From NCBI RefSeq assembly GCF_004010195.1, contig NC_057719.1:57330246-57394245 (forward strand): a DNA stretch of 64,000 bases, written 5' to 3'. The notes under the pieces were generated by a model that was not told the origin of the DNA, searched no databases, and was given only the letters and a program-made list of their open reading frames with translations. Position numbers and translations under genes: made by a program. This document shows, piece by piece, positions 37,061 through 49,931 of the stretch. The number at the start of each line of letters is the position of its first letter. The first letter of the stretch is position 1. Origin of the DNA: Chiloscyllium plagiosum. Lineage: Eukaryota.

Positions 37061-38071
37061 AGGAGGCAGCCAACACATCTGCTTACCAACTAGTTCTTCA
37101 ATAATGAGCTCATCTGACAGAACTACCACTCAACATATCCACAATCCTCCACTCACTAACAGCTCTCTGCCTTACCATTCCAGTATTGACCATCACAGTA
37201 TGCTGTCGGCTGTAATGCCGATATAAATGTCACCATAAAGCAAATATTTCAAACTTGCTTTAACAATCAATATGTAATATCAATATTCCATTATAAAAGT
37301 CAAATAGTCATTGTTTACTGCTTTAGATTCTGTCCCTTTGTGCCAGTCTGCGTGCTCCTACTTTGTACTACACCAGATTACAGCATGGAGCATAGCTGAC
37401 TTCCAGTGGGAAAGGAATGCCAATGACCCTGCAACGTAATCTTGATCAGCAGGCCTGGCTTTGAACTGCGCCAAATTGATAGAGCTGCAGCAGTTTGAAC
37501 TGGTAAAGGAGGATTATCGAGGGCACTGGCAAAGTAGTGGGAGGATTAGTGCTCTTATCCTGAGGGAACACGGCAGTTCTGTGTTTGACAGAATCACTGC
37601 CACTCCCCAGTATGGTGCCTCAGAAAACCTCGCCTAATGTTGGAACATTGACATTTGGACTGTTGTATTTCCCTGCAAGCCCTTTGATGGCAGCAGTGGG
37701 CGAAGCAGGCTGAAACTGCTCAAACTACAATCCGAGCTTTTAGTGCAGCCCTCAAATGCGAGGTGGCTTCTGTTTTTACTGCAGTCTAACAACAGTCAGT
37801 TGCTGAATCATGGTTGGGTTGTTCTCATTCAGCTGGCCGCTACTTCCACACTGAAAGGCCTGGGTTCCAAACTCTGCACAAAACCTTGAGCAAGGTTAGT
37901 TGAAATAACTCTACAGAGGGCAGTATCCTGTCACCAAGTCACCATTTATTTACATGCAGAAAATCCTTGATACAATCCAGTTTCCTCAGATCCAGATCTC
38001 AAAGTGAACAGGATGCCTAACACTCCGGTTTATATCTGTCAGCCAGGGCTCCCTGGTTGGATCAGGTTAAC

Positions 38072-38289
38072 ATGGTCAAACTATGTGGTGCTGGAAAAGC
38101 ACAGCCAGTCAGGCAGCATCCGAGGAGCAAGAGAATTGATGTTTTGAGCATGACCTCTTCTTCAGGAGAGCTTATGCTCAAAGCATCAACTCTCCTGCTC
38201 CTCAGATGCTGCCTGACCAGCTGTGCTTTTCCAACACCACACTCTTCGACTCTGATCTCCAGTATCTGCAGTCCTCACTTTTTCGCTCC
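38072..38289 (+). mobile_element. Fold-back PLE-terminus insertion in the 3' LTR
   Basis: 7-bp TSD GGTTAAC (38065-38071, 38290-38296); inverted arms centred near 38165; same family as 9436-9637. Confidence 0.85.
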
Positions 38290-39120
38290 GGTTAACTGGC
38301 CCACTCAGGGAACTCATTCTATGAGGTCTACCTGGCTGACCTCATTACAATCACTGTATACTTCCTCCTCGGAATCCGAGCATATGGGACAGTTCTTTTA
38401 TTGTAGCTCCTCCTGGGGCATTTTAGCACTGAATCAGATTCCTTCAACTCTGTCTCTGTTATGGACAGTGTGTAATGCACAGTATGTCGTCTCTTTCACC
38501 CAGAGCATCTCAGAAGAAATTAATTCTTATTTTCAGGCAGTAAATAGATCAAGGGAGTGACATCTTGGATTCTGACGTAGCTTCAGTGCTTGATGGAGAG
38601 GGAGATCCCATGGGTTCTGAAACAGTTGGGAAAGAGTCAAGCAGCCGGTTGTATTCCCACACAGCTTTCATACGTTCCACTTATTTGTTCAGGACTGTTG
38701 CACCCACCTGAACTGTACACATTACTAGACCTAACCTTGTGTTGACCATGCCTCTTACCCTTGCAGGGCCATTCCTGTGGTTCCTACACCAAACTTCAGC
38801 TCCTGAAGTAAATTGTCTCTCTAGTGAAATCTTGTGTCCAACATTGGTGTTAGTGATGTTGTTTCACCCTCCCACCATCAGGTTGGGGAAGATCAGAGTC
38901 TTCTCCCCATTAGCAACTCTGCTGGAGCTATTCCTGTAGTTCCAGGAGGGGTGGTCTGTTAATCAAATAGGAATTGGGACATTTTGGTGACTCGTGAACC
39001 TCTAAGCTGTTTCTTCAAGCCTGTCTTCAGAGTTTGGACGGCTCTTTCTGCCAGACCATTGGATGGTGGATGGTATGGAGCTGCCCGTACATGTCGAATA
39101 CCATTTGACTTTAGGAAATA

Positions 39121-39292
39121 CAGAGAAATCTTGATTATCCAGCATTCAATTAACCAAATTTCGGATTATCCGAACACGATCACAAGGTTCCGATGCTTGG
39201 TTAACTATGTTATCTGGCATCGATTATCTGGCGTTCATTAACCGAACGAAGTACCCCCCGTCTGTGTCCTTTGGATAATCGAGGTTCCTCTG
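39121..39292. mobile_element. Tigger/pogo-like MITE (172 bp) in the integrase
   Basis: TA|CAGAGAAATCTTGATTATCC...GGATAATCGAGGTTCCTCTG|TA: TIRs and TA duplication. Confidence 0.88.
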
Positions 39293-42151
39293 TACTCAAA
39301 TCCCTGCTGATAAATGATGTCCTGTTATCTGTGACCAACACTTCCGGGAGTCTATGTATTGCAAAAGATAAATGCAGTTTTTCTATCGTCATCCCTATGT
39401 TTGATGAATGAACTCTTTGCTCATTCAGCCACTTTGAGAGGGTGTTCACAATGACTAATAACATTGAGCCCATGAAAATGCCAGCATAGTCAATATGCAA
39501 CTGAGTCCAGGGTTTACCCGGCCATTCTCATGAATCTGGGGGAGCTGCTGATGCATTCGGCCTGAAGCCATGGGCGGCACTGCCTTGTCCTCCTTAAGTA
39601 GACCTAGCTGGGTTTGTGGCTCATTATTATTATAAATTTATGTCTGTACAGGTATTGGTGAAACTTCCTGACTCCAAATATAACTGCCAAACCTTCTTCT
39701 CTATCTGGACGTATTAACATTCTACATTAGCCAAAGTCCTGGATGCATATGTTATTGGGGGTCCCTCTCCATGGGACCAATTGTGAGCCAATACTACCCC
39801 AATGCCTATTGGGGGCGGGGGGGGCATCACATGTCAATACCAGACCTCACTTGGGAACACAGTGTGCCAACACCTTAGTCGATGATAGCTGCTTCTTCAC
39901 TTCCCTGAAAGTTATGGCTTAACTAACAACCATTTCCAAGGCTGAACCTTTTTGAAGAGTTGATGTAAAGGTGCCAGGATGGAGGCTAGGATATCCATAA
40001 TGGTGCACCAGCCCTAGGAAAGACCAAAGCTCCGGTATAGGCGTGGGAGTCCGGGCACGTTTGATCACCCCCACTTTATCTTTCAACATGTGTAACCCGG
40101 TCTTGTTGACTCTGCAGCCAAAGTAGGTCACTTGGAATGCACATATTTCCCTTCTAAAGCATACAACCATCACGGAGAAATATCTAAGGATTATGTTCAT
40201 GTTCTCTAAGTGCTCCTTGTTGGTCTCCCCTGTAATTAACATGTCATCTAGATAAATGGCAATCTGGAGTGGACTTTATAAAATGTTCTCCATTGTCCAC
40301 TGAAAAATTGCACAGGCTGACAATTTACAAATGGCAGTCTCGTATATTGGTACAGATCCTTATTGGTATTAGTTGAAGCATACTCTGGGAATTCTCATCT
40401 AAATGCAATTGTAAGTACACATGGCTAATGTCTAGCTTTGAGAGGGACAGCCCCCCTGCCAGCTTTGTGCATAAACCCTCTCGGTGAGGAACTGGGTATT
40501 TTTCCAGCTTCAAAAACCTGTTTACCATTAAAATCCCCACAAAAGCACACTGATCTGTTGGGCTTCATAATCAGCACGACCAGTACCGCCCATTCCACAA
40601 ACTGCACTGGTTTGATGATTCCTTTGCTTTCCAGCCTCCCGATTTCTGCCTGAAATTTTGCCCATAAGGCAAACAGCACTGGGAAGGCCTTGCAGAATCA
40701 TGGATTTGCTTCCTGGTTAATGTGCAAAGTGGCCTTGGCTCCTTTGGTAGCCCCTCCACCCTCCTGAAAAACATCTGAGTATTTCACTAGGACTTCACTG
40801 AGGCAGTCATTTTATAATCAAAAATTATTGAGCCAATCCAAGTGAATCTTTCTCAACCAATTTCACCCCATTAAGCTTGAGCCCAAGCCCTTTACTACGA
40901 TCAATGGTAACTGAACCAGCTGCTTCTCATTAGAGACCAGAAGGGAAGCTGTACCCTTAATCTTTAAAGGTTCTGCAGTATAGGTTCTTATGCTAACTGA
41001 GCTCTTGCACATACTTCAGGGTTGGAGTTCACAACAAACTTTATTAAAGACTGGTCCTGTGATCACTGAAACAGCAACACTGGTATTGACCTTCATTAGA
41101 ACCAGGTGACCATTTTACCAGATGTTTGTTTTGTTTGATTCTGATTTGATGTTGCTAAACATTTTAATTTTTTCAAACCAAATGTAGGTGGACTCTTGCA
41201 ACTTGTAACTGAGGTGCACTTTCCTGGATACTGGACTATGAGTTCTGTTATTCAATTTAGGTCGAGTGGGACTCTTTTGCTGTTTCAAGTCTGCATAACA
41301 ATAGCATTAACAATGGGTTGCCTGAAGAAGATTTAAATCATTTGGCTGAGGCTTGGCTTTGTTTTGGAGTTTTGCTGTGAGCTGACCCAGAGAAACCTCT
41401 GTTCAGGATATGTTCTGAGTGAAGCTATGAAATTGCCTTCACTCAAGTAGTGTTCCCCAAGCTCAGTAGGCTTGGTGAGGGTATCCACTTCCATTGGAAT
41501 ATCCTGCAACTCATGTGCTTCCTCTGCTGCATTTTCCAATGATAAAGCCAGTTGTAGTATGTTTTTGAAGTGCAGTTGGGCTTCAGCTAGTAGGTACTTT
41601 TGCATGGTCGCATCATTAATCCCACATAACAAACAATCTCTCAGTATCTCAATTAGGGTTAAACCAAAATCACATGCCCCTGCTAATTGTCTTAAACTAG
41701 TCATAAATCCCGATGTGGATTTTCCTTGTTCTCAAACTGCCAAGTAAAACCGATAGTGTCTCAGAATTAGAGATGGTTTGGGATTGTACTATTCCTTTAC
41801 TAAACCTGTTAACTCTTAGAGTTTTGTACCTAGTGCCTCAGGGAAAGTTCGGCTCCTAATAATCAAAAAAGCTGCCGGTCCACAAGCTGTCAGAAGAATT
41901 ACTCATTGCTTTTCATCTTCTCCAATGTTATTTGGCCGGAAAAGATAACACATTCTTTCCACATACAGGGTCCATCTTTGATGGCAGGATTGAACAAGTC
42001 AAGCTTCCCAAATAACATGATGCCAGAAATGCTTACCCCAATTCAAAAATGACTGTTGTGAGTGAATTTCATCAGGAGTGTGCTTTTCTCTCATTGCTAT
42101 TGTAATAACTCCAGAGAGGCCAGGATCCCATCACCAAGTCAACCTTTATTT

Positions 42152-42302
42152 GTGACTTGAAGATGCCAGTGTTGGACTGGGGTGTACAAAGTTAAAAATC
42201 ACACAACACCAGGTTATAGTCCAACAGGTTTATTTGGAAGCTTCCAGTGCTTCCAAATAAATCTGCCCTGGACTATAACCTGGTGCTGTGTGATTTTTAA
42301 CT
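42152..42302 (-). mobile_element. Fold-back PLE family C insertion in the 5' LTR
   Basis: Absent from the other two LTR copies; inverted arms centred near 42240; flanked by TTTATTT. Confidence 0.75.
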
Positions 42303-43429
42303 TTTATTTATGCTTGGAAGGTCCTTGACATTTGTCCAGCTCCCTCACAGCCAACTCTGTGAACAGAACCTCTGACACTTTTTTTTTATGTCTTTCAACT
42401 AGGGGTCCCTGATTGAACCAGGTTAGCAGCCCTAGTCAGGGAATTCATATTCTATGGTAGTTCACCTGGCTGACCTCATTTCAATCACTACATTGGTGCC
42501 TGATTCATCCGTGCTTCTTGGCATCAACAAGTCAGCCTGCTAGCATTTCATCGTGTACACCCATCAGTCTTTTTCTGTATGGTTACCCTTTTGAAGACTT
42601 CAGCTAAGTATTCTGCAGCACAATTTGTGCACAATAGAGCTCTCCCTTTTACAAGCTGGTATCTGTGTGATCTTTAGCCCTGCCCTTTCATGTATTATAG
42701 TGCTAGTGGATAAAGATGAGCCTGAGAGGAAATGACTAAGCACTGTATTTCTTCTTCAATATCTTCGTCCTCTTCCATCTCCTGCTCCTCTGATACTGCC
42801 TGGCCAGGGTACATGCCTTCAATGCTTGATAGGAAAAGGCACAATGGTATGGAATGATAAGGGAATAAGGGGAAAACAAGAAACACTTTCTTGCTCTATC
42901 CATGTCAGATTGTGGGATGAAGGTTGAGTGGAATATGAGAAGGATAATAATGTCTGATCATGCAACATCTTTTATGGTTTTACCATGTTACTGGCTAGGG
43001 GCCTCAGTCATGGCCTCTCCAATCATTTTGAGCACTGTGTTCTATATTGGTGTGAATGTATACTGCTATGCCTGTTCCCTTTCAGTAAAGTGCTGCTGGC
43101 TCTAGTTGTGTGCTTTGTTGTCACTGGGTAATGTGGTACATAGTATGGCGATGCACTGGTCGAGATTGACTCGCTAGTTAGTGTGTAGAAGTTAGTGAGA
43201 TGTGAATCCGAGGCTCTCAGCAGTGCTAAATGTGTGAGGATGAGGTAAGGCTATGAATTTGAAGTATTGGACGTGGTTATTAGAGCTTGTTTATGTAATT
43301 ATAAGAAATAGGAGCAGGTGTCAATAAGATCATGGCTGAATTGGAAATGGCCCTAACTTCACTTTTCTCCTCCACTACCCCCACCCCCAGCCCCACCCCA
43401 AATTTATTGATGTCCTTGTAGTAGAATTA

Positions 43430-43665
43430 AAATTAAATGAATGATTCTGGAATATAAAACTATTCCCATCTGCTTCACTAATGTACTGTAAGGAATGAAA
43501 TTAGCATTCCTATCTGGTTCATCCTGCTTGCAAATCCAGACCCATAGTTACATAATTGACTCTTAACTAACCTCTGAAATGGTTTAGCAAGCCACTGTTC
43601 AAGGGCAGTTAGGAATTGACAGGTTGCCAACAACATCCACTTCCTATGACAGAATAAAGAAAAAT
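43430..43665 (+). mobile_element. SINE-like derivative of the second LINE family (5' non-coding region joined to 3' tail)
   Basis: Blocks TCACTAATGT, CCTCTGAAATG and AGCAAGCCA shared with 27785-27920 (-), then a CAAGGGCAGTTAGG..AATAAAGAAAAA tail resembling 14140-14217. Confidence 0.65.
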
Positions 43666-44169
43666 AAACCATTGACATTGATACCTTTTGTGAAGGTTAT
43701 CTCCAGTGAAGGCTCCCACGGCCTTTTGGTCTCTTTTGGATAGAGAGTATATCTCTTCTCTTCATCCCCCACACCAAAGGAGCATTGCAGCTTGCTCTGT
43801 CGTGCTGTGTTGTTTTTTATAATTTACCAGGTCAACTGTCATAATGGCTTCCAGTCAAAAAGCACTTCCCTTTAAGATATACAGACTGCCTTTAAGAAGT
43901 GCTGACTCGCTTGAACTCATGCCTGCCTCTCATGATTTTGGGTGTTCTGATGGAGTGTGCATCTGCTTAGCAGCACACTGGCCAATGGCACAATCATTTA
44001 AATGAGAAGCAGCATAAGTTGCATTGGAAGTAATAAAGCAAGTTTCACTTATCATAATTCCCTGTCCAGTATTGAACTGCCATTGAGTCTGCAAAATGGA
44101 AACAGAGCCTAGCTGGCCTTTGAAATTGTTTTTATTAGTGTTCTCCCAAATCTCTATCTAAATCATCAT

Positions 44170-44520
44170 TTACTTTGATTTCTATCTGCTTCTTGAGGTT
44201 TTCTAACCTCCCCAGCATTTACTTGACTCCTTGAGGCAATGAGCTCCATATTCCTATTACATTTTGTGTAACAATGTTTTTTCCTAAATTCCCAGTTTGA
44301 TTTATTATCAACTATATTAATGAGTTCTAATTTTGGCCTTCTGACAAGAGAAACCATTTTTGTCATATCTACTCTATCAAATTCTTCCATAGTCTTTGAC
44401 CCATCATTCCTCAGCCTTCCCGTTTTAAAGAATAGAGAATCAATCTGTTCAGCATTTGCTGTTAAGTATTATTCTCTCGGTTCTGGGATTTTCCGAGTGA
44501 TTTTTATTTTGCATCTTCTT
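44170..44520 (-). mobile_element. Ancient CR1 3' remnant
   Basis: MEEFDRVDMTKM..EFRK..WN-like decayed ORF2 C-terminus. Confidence 0.55.
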
Positions 44521-44649
44521 ATGATCCCAGCTGATGTCAACATTAGACAAGTTAGATCCAAAGTATAACCTGACTTATTAAACACTACGTTTATTTTTGT
44601 TTTGACTATGGAAGTCAGTTAGAGGAATGATCACTAAGAACGAAATGCT

Positions 44650-45030
44650 ATCTTGTTACCGATTGCCACAGACTGGCTTGTCGGATACTTGATGACTACG
44701 TGCATGCACTCAATCAGACCTTGAGCCTGGAGAAATCCAGCAATGGTTGCAAATCCTGTGGCTCTCTCAGCTTGACTCTCTGCATCAGGTTAGAAATTGC
44801 TGTGCTAGTTTATCCTTCAGAATAAGGCTTTTGGCGTTATCTTGATGACAGTGATGTGAGGCTGATTAGGAGTCACTGTAATGGGCCCCTGGAGTGAGCC
44901 TGAGACAGACAGTCAGGGCCACAGGAACCTTGAAGTCAAAGGCATTGGATGACGACCAATGCAACTAGACCTCACCTCCTCTGCCATCACAATGTTGCAG
45001 ATCAGTCACAGCCTCACATGAGATACAGAC
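44650..45030 (-). mobile_element. Decayed PIF/Harbinger transposase, N-terminal catalytic region
   Basis: Minus strand DAESQAERATGFATIAGFLQAQGLIECMHVVIKYP..GNK, matching the HARBI1-type motif GF..IAGFP.VQG.IDCTHV.IK.P. Confidence 0.8.
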
Positions 45031-45244
45031 AGCTAAATCCTATGTCTTTTGGCAAAGTGTGCATTGGGTTGAGTTCTTTTGAAGGGACACTTGTTGCAAG
45101 GCCTCGCAGGATGCCATGCTGTACCTTACCAAACTCATCTTATTAACTACTTACTCTGCCTCTATGGTATCCCTCATGTGTGATTCTATCTGAATATGCT
45201 CACATGGCATTCCTGGAACATCTCACAGCTGAAACATTTCTGGC

Positions 45245-47268
45245 TGTAATAGGCTCCTCCTTTTTTGAGGTATTTTAGGTGTGGAGGTGATTTCCTCGAA
45301 TTCCATGCTGTTGCATTGTTTTGGAACTCTGGAGGAAAAAAAAAGTCAAAACAAAGACACTTTTAAAAGGGAGAGGAACAGACAAAGACAGCACATGGTC
45401 AGGTCAGTGCAGGAAAGAGCGAGAAAGAAACCCACGCTGCTAACTGACACAGCAGTGAACCTGCACAGTTACTGCCTTTGCTGTTGATTCATGTATCGCT
45501 AGACATTGGAATGTGTCTAAGAAAACTTAACAAACAGTGAAATTCACAACTAATCTTGGAGGAACCTGTTTAGGAGAGGTCACAGCACAGAAACAGATAA
45601 GTGAATAGTTTCAAGTGTGGCCTTGCTGGAAGTCTGCAGTCGTGAGTAGAATGGATTCTTTCTTGATTTTATGTTTATTGAGATATGACTCTTGATTAAA
45701 CTTAAAAATATAAGCCATAAGTATTAAGTTAGCCTACAGCAGCATTTTGTAGAGGAATAAGATGGTGCTATTTTCTGGGTCTGTAGATTGGAAGAAGCAA
45801 AAATAGCTCTTCTTGTCAGATATGGGAGTTAGGGAGCATTTACATGTTACTGAGGATTATATCTGCAATAAATGCTGTTGGTTGCGAATCATATCTGATC
45901 GAATGGATCGGTTGGAGAGACAGTTAGAGGCAATGAGGAATTTACAAGGGCAAGGGGGTGTGATGGATGGCAGTTATAGGAAGAGGGAAAAGCTGCAGAT
46001 ACAGTCACATAGATGGGTTAACTCCAGGAAAAGTAAGCGAAGTGCAGGAGTCTTCTGTGGCTATCCCCATTTCAAACAAGTATGCCGTTTCAGAAAATAT
46101 AGGAGGTGATGGATTCTCAAGGGAATGTGGCATAAATGGCCAAGTTTCTGGTATTGAGACTGTCTCTAATGCAATGAGGGGTATATCTGTTTCCAAGAGA
46201 TCAACTGTATGGGGGACTCTCCAGTCAGAGACACAGACAGATGTTTCTGTGAAACATCAGAATGGTGTGTTGCCTCCCTGGTGCCGGGATCAAGGATGTC
46301 TCCGAGAGGGTGCAGAATGTTCTCGAGAGAGAGGGTCCAACTGGAGGTCATTGTACACATTGGAACCAACAACATAAGAAGGGAAAAGGATGAGATTCTG
46401 AAGGGAGATTAGAGAGAGTTAGGCAGGAATTTAAAAAGGAGGTCCTCGAGTAGTAATATTTGAATTACTCCTCGTGCTACGAGCTAGTGAGGGTTGGAAT
46501 AGGAGGATAGAGCAAATGGCTGAGGAGTTGGATCATTGGAATCTCTTCTGGGGTAGAAGTGACCTGTACAAGAAGGTGGATTGCACCTGAATTGGAATGA
46601 GACTAATAAAGTAGCTGAGAGATTTGCTAGAGCTGCTCAGGAGGATTCAAACAATCTAGTTGTTGGGGGAGGGAGGATGGGACCACGGGAGGGGAACGAG
46701 ATCAATCTGAGACTGCTACAGTTGAGAAAAGAAGTGATTCAAACAGTCAGGGCAGGCAGGGACAAAGCAGAGAACCAGGTAAGACTAATAAATTAAACTA
46801 CATTTATTTCAATGCAAGAGGCCTAACAGGGAAGGCAGATGAACTCAGGGCATGGTTAGGAACATGGGACTGGGATATCATAGCGATTACAGAAACATGG
46901 CTCAGGGATGGACAGGACTGGCAGGTTAATGTTCCAGGTTACAAATGCTACAGGAAGGACAGAAAAGGAGGCAAGAGAGGAGGGGGAGTGGTGTTTTTGA
47001 TAAAGGATAGCATTACAGCTGTACTGAGGGAGGATATTCCTGGAAATATTTGGGTGGAAATGAGAAATAAGAAAGGGATGATCACCCTATTGGGATTGTA
47101 TTATAGACCCCCTAATAGTCAGAGGGAAATTGAGAAACAAATTTGTAAGAAGATCTCAGCTATCTGTAAGAATACTAGGGTAGTTATGGTAGTTGATTTT
47201 TATTTTCCAAAAATAGACTGGGACTGCCATAGTGTTAAAGGTTTAGATGGAGAGGAATTTGTTAATTG
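45245..47268 (+). mobile_element. CR1 5' half: ~550-bp leader, ORF1, start of ORF2 endonuclease
   Basis: DYICNKCCWL..RMDRLERQLEAMR, IPISNKYAV, MGDSPVRDTD..VHIGTNNI (ORF1); ITETWL, GLYYRPPN..DFYFPKIDW (EN); same family as 17726-20341. Confidence 0.9.
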
Positions 47269-47289
47269 CATTTGTTATTTCCCCTGCCA

Positions 47290-47770
47290 TACCTTTTTCC
47301 AACCAAATTGATTCCATGTCATGAACTATTGCATCTAAATCATTAGTCACCACTGTTAACTTTATTAACCATGCCTCTATTTCTGTTTTGCCTGTTTTTT
47401 CCAGAACACTAAAATTGAGTTCCCAGACATGGTCATACTGCAACCATGTCTCTTAACAGCTTTTAAGTTATATTCATTTGTTCTATTGCCTATCTTGTTA
47501 AAAATGCTGCATGCTCTCACATAAAAGGGCTTAAGCTTTTACTTTGTATCATTATTCTTTATCTGGTTCTAATTCCTGCTGCATCCTTCTGCTTATGTCT
47601 TCTTCCCTTCCTGTCACACCAATTACCATTTCATTCTTCACTACCTTGCACCTCTGCTGTCCAGTTTCTCTTTGAATTTTTAAACTTCCCTTAAATTGTC
47701 TCCTTCCCACTACATCTACAGTTTAAAGCTCTTTCTACAAATATAGTTGTATTATTCAGCAAGACTTGAA
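47290..47770 (-). mobile_element. Ancient CR1 ORF1-end/endonuclease remnant
   Basis: Minus strand ACSIFNK and ETWLQYDHVWELN remnants. Confidence 0.55.
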
Positions 47771-48869
47771 AAGAGGCAACGTATTTATAAATATTATATA
47801 CAATTTACAATGAAGTGGCACCTGTGCCACCTATGTATTCTCCGAAACGTTTCTTTCCTGTTTCCTTCCCACTACATCTACAGTGAAGGTCTACTTGTGG
47901 CTGGCAGGATATGACTTGGTGCATAGCTGGCTTTTAAATGTGGTGTTGGTGCACAAAGCCCTGAAGGCCTTGCCAGTATCAAACACTTCTGCTAGTGAGT
48001 GCACAATAGCAGAGAGTGGTGGTGAGCAGCAGAGAACTGAGCTCACAGAGAGAAACCCTCCATGGAACTGCCTCTTCCCTGATTTCTGGTAAAATTCACC
48101 TCTGTTTTTAAGGTCGCTGATCTTTCATCTCCATAATTCCAGACACGCAATCACATCAACTTCCTCCATTGAGGCTTTCAGGTCACAACACACCCTAAGC
48201 TGAGATAATTTCCCTCATCCTCCCTCTATTCTCCCATTTGCTTCACCACTCCCATCTTCATTTCCCAACCCCTCTGTTCCTCTTCACTTTCCCTATTCCT
48301 AAACAGCTCTTTCCTTCCCATTTCTGGTTTTGTTTTCATCCTTCTCTGATTATCCATCTAGCTTGTTCTCCTTCTCTATTTTGATTATAGTTATGTCTCA
48401 CGGTTTGTATATCATACTCAATGAGAACTCAAACTATTTTAAGTCTGTTTTATCAGAGGAAGGATCTTGCCACATTTTGCTTTAATGCATTGAGGTACAG
48501 ATCAAGAAATTGAGTCCAGAGTTATACGATCATTCCCAATGTGCATATGAAACCATTATACAGTGATGTGCTCTTGAAACATATTGCCTAAATCATGCTA
48601 TTTTGTCCAAAACAAAATTAAACTGAAAGTTGTTTTAGTGATTCGATTATTATGCAAAATAATTTTTAGCAAATTTGACTAATGATCCTTAATCCTAGTA
48701 TGCAGTTCAATTTTGCTCCTCTGTATAATTCAAAATGAGTATGTGATCAGTGGGAATTCTATCAAAGATTTAAAAATTTAGAATTACATTACTTGGAATA
48801 ATGCAACAAAGCAAATGTTATGAAAGTAAGATTACACATGAGATGTTTAAGGACCTTTTTAGAATATTC

Positions 48870-49432
48870 TTTTATCAATGGTGAGGCCATGTTTAGAAAA
48901 CTGTGCTCAATTCTGATCTGCCTGCTATAGGAAGGGTATTGTTAAACTTGAAAGGGTTCAGAAAAGGTCTGCAAGGATATTACTTGGATTGGAGGGTTTG
49001 AGCTATCGGGAGAGGCTGATTAGGTGAGTTTTTTTCCCCTGGAGCATTGGAGGCTGAGGGTTAGCTTTATAGAGGTTTATAAAATCATGAGGATCATAGA
49101 TAGGATGAATAGCCAAGGTCTTTTTCCCAAGGCAGTGGAACCCAAAGCTAAATGGCATAAGTTGAAGGTGAGAGGGGAAAGATTTTAAAGGGACCTGAGG
49201 GGCATTTTTTTTCATGCAGAGGTTGGTGCTTATATGTAAAGAACTGCCAGAGGAGAAGATAGAGGTGGGTACATTTGCAACATTTAAAAAGGCATCTGAT
49301 TGGTACATGAACAGAAAGGATTTAGAAGGATTTGGGCCAAATGCTGGCAAATGGGACTAGATCAGTTTAGGCTATCTGGTCAGCATGAATGAATTGGACG
49401 GAGGGGTCTGTTTCCGTGCTGTATGACTCTAT
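48870..49432 (+). mobile_element. CR1 3' fragment, followed by a PLE family C tail at 49462-49525
   Basis: Colinear with the 3' end of 19780-20341. Confidence 0.88.
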
Positions 49433-49931
49433 TCCTAGCACTCTCAACATTACTGTTTATAAACTCTGAAAGCTAGTACTTCCAAATAAACCTGTTGGAT
49501 TCTAATCAAGTGTTGTGTGATTTAAAAATTCTTTAATACTGATGGGATTATATTTAATTTGAGAATTCTAAGTGTTGCATCTTTTGGGGGAAGACTACGT
49601 CTATTTTCTGTGTTTGGCATTTTCTTGAAATTGTTTTCATAGCTAAAATCTGCAGTTCATCTTCTGAGGGAACCTAATTGTGTGACAGTGTGTGATCACC
49701 CACATGTCCTGTGTATGAATGAATCTTGCTGCTCCAGTCGACAAATGACAATATATATGTGGATACTAGATCCAAAAGCATTCTTTGAGATTTTCTAATC
49801 TATTTTTTTGTAATGAACCAGAGACCATTCACTTGTCATTATTTTATTCCCTTAGAAAAATTCAAAAGCAGTTTGAATTAATGCAAAGACCATTTTTAAC
49901 CATTAAAAATAAGGCCAACTTTAAAAAATAA

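Larger units (their letters stand above)
37901..42492 (-). mobile_element. Decayed Ty3/Gypsy LTR retrotransposon (gag-pro-RT-partial RH-IN), probably Mag-like
   Basis: LTRs 37901-38358 and 42101-42492; TSD TTAGT/TTGGT; decayed PBS (TAGCAATGAG) next to the 5' LTR; PPT GAGGAGGAAG next to the 3' LTR; gag LRQLAGACDFG..LRDCLLCGI; YLDD at 40243-40254; integrase HIDYAG..SKWL..VTDN. Confidence 0.93.
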
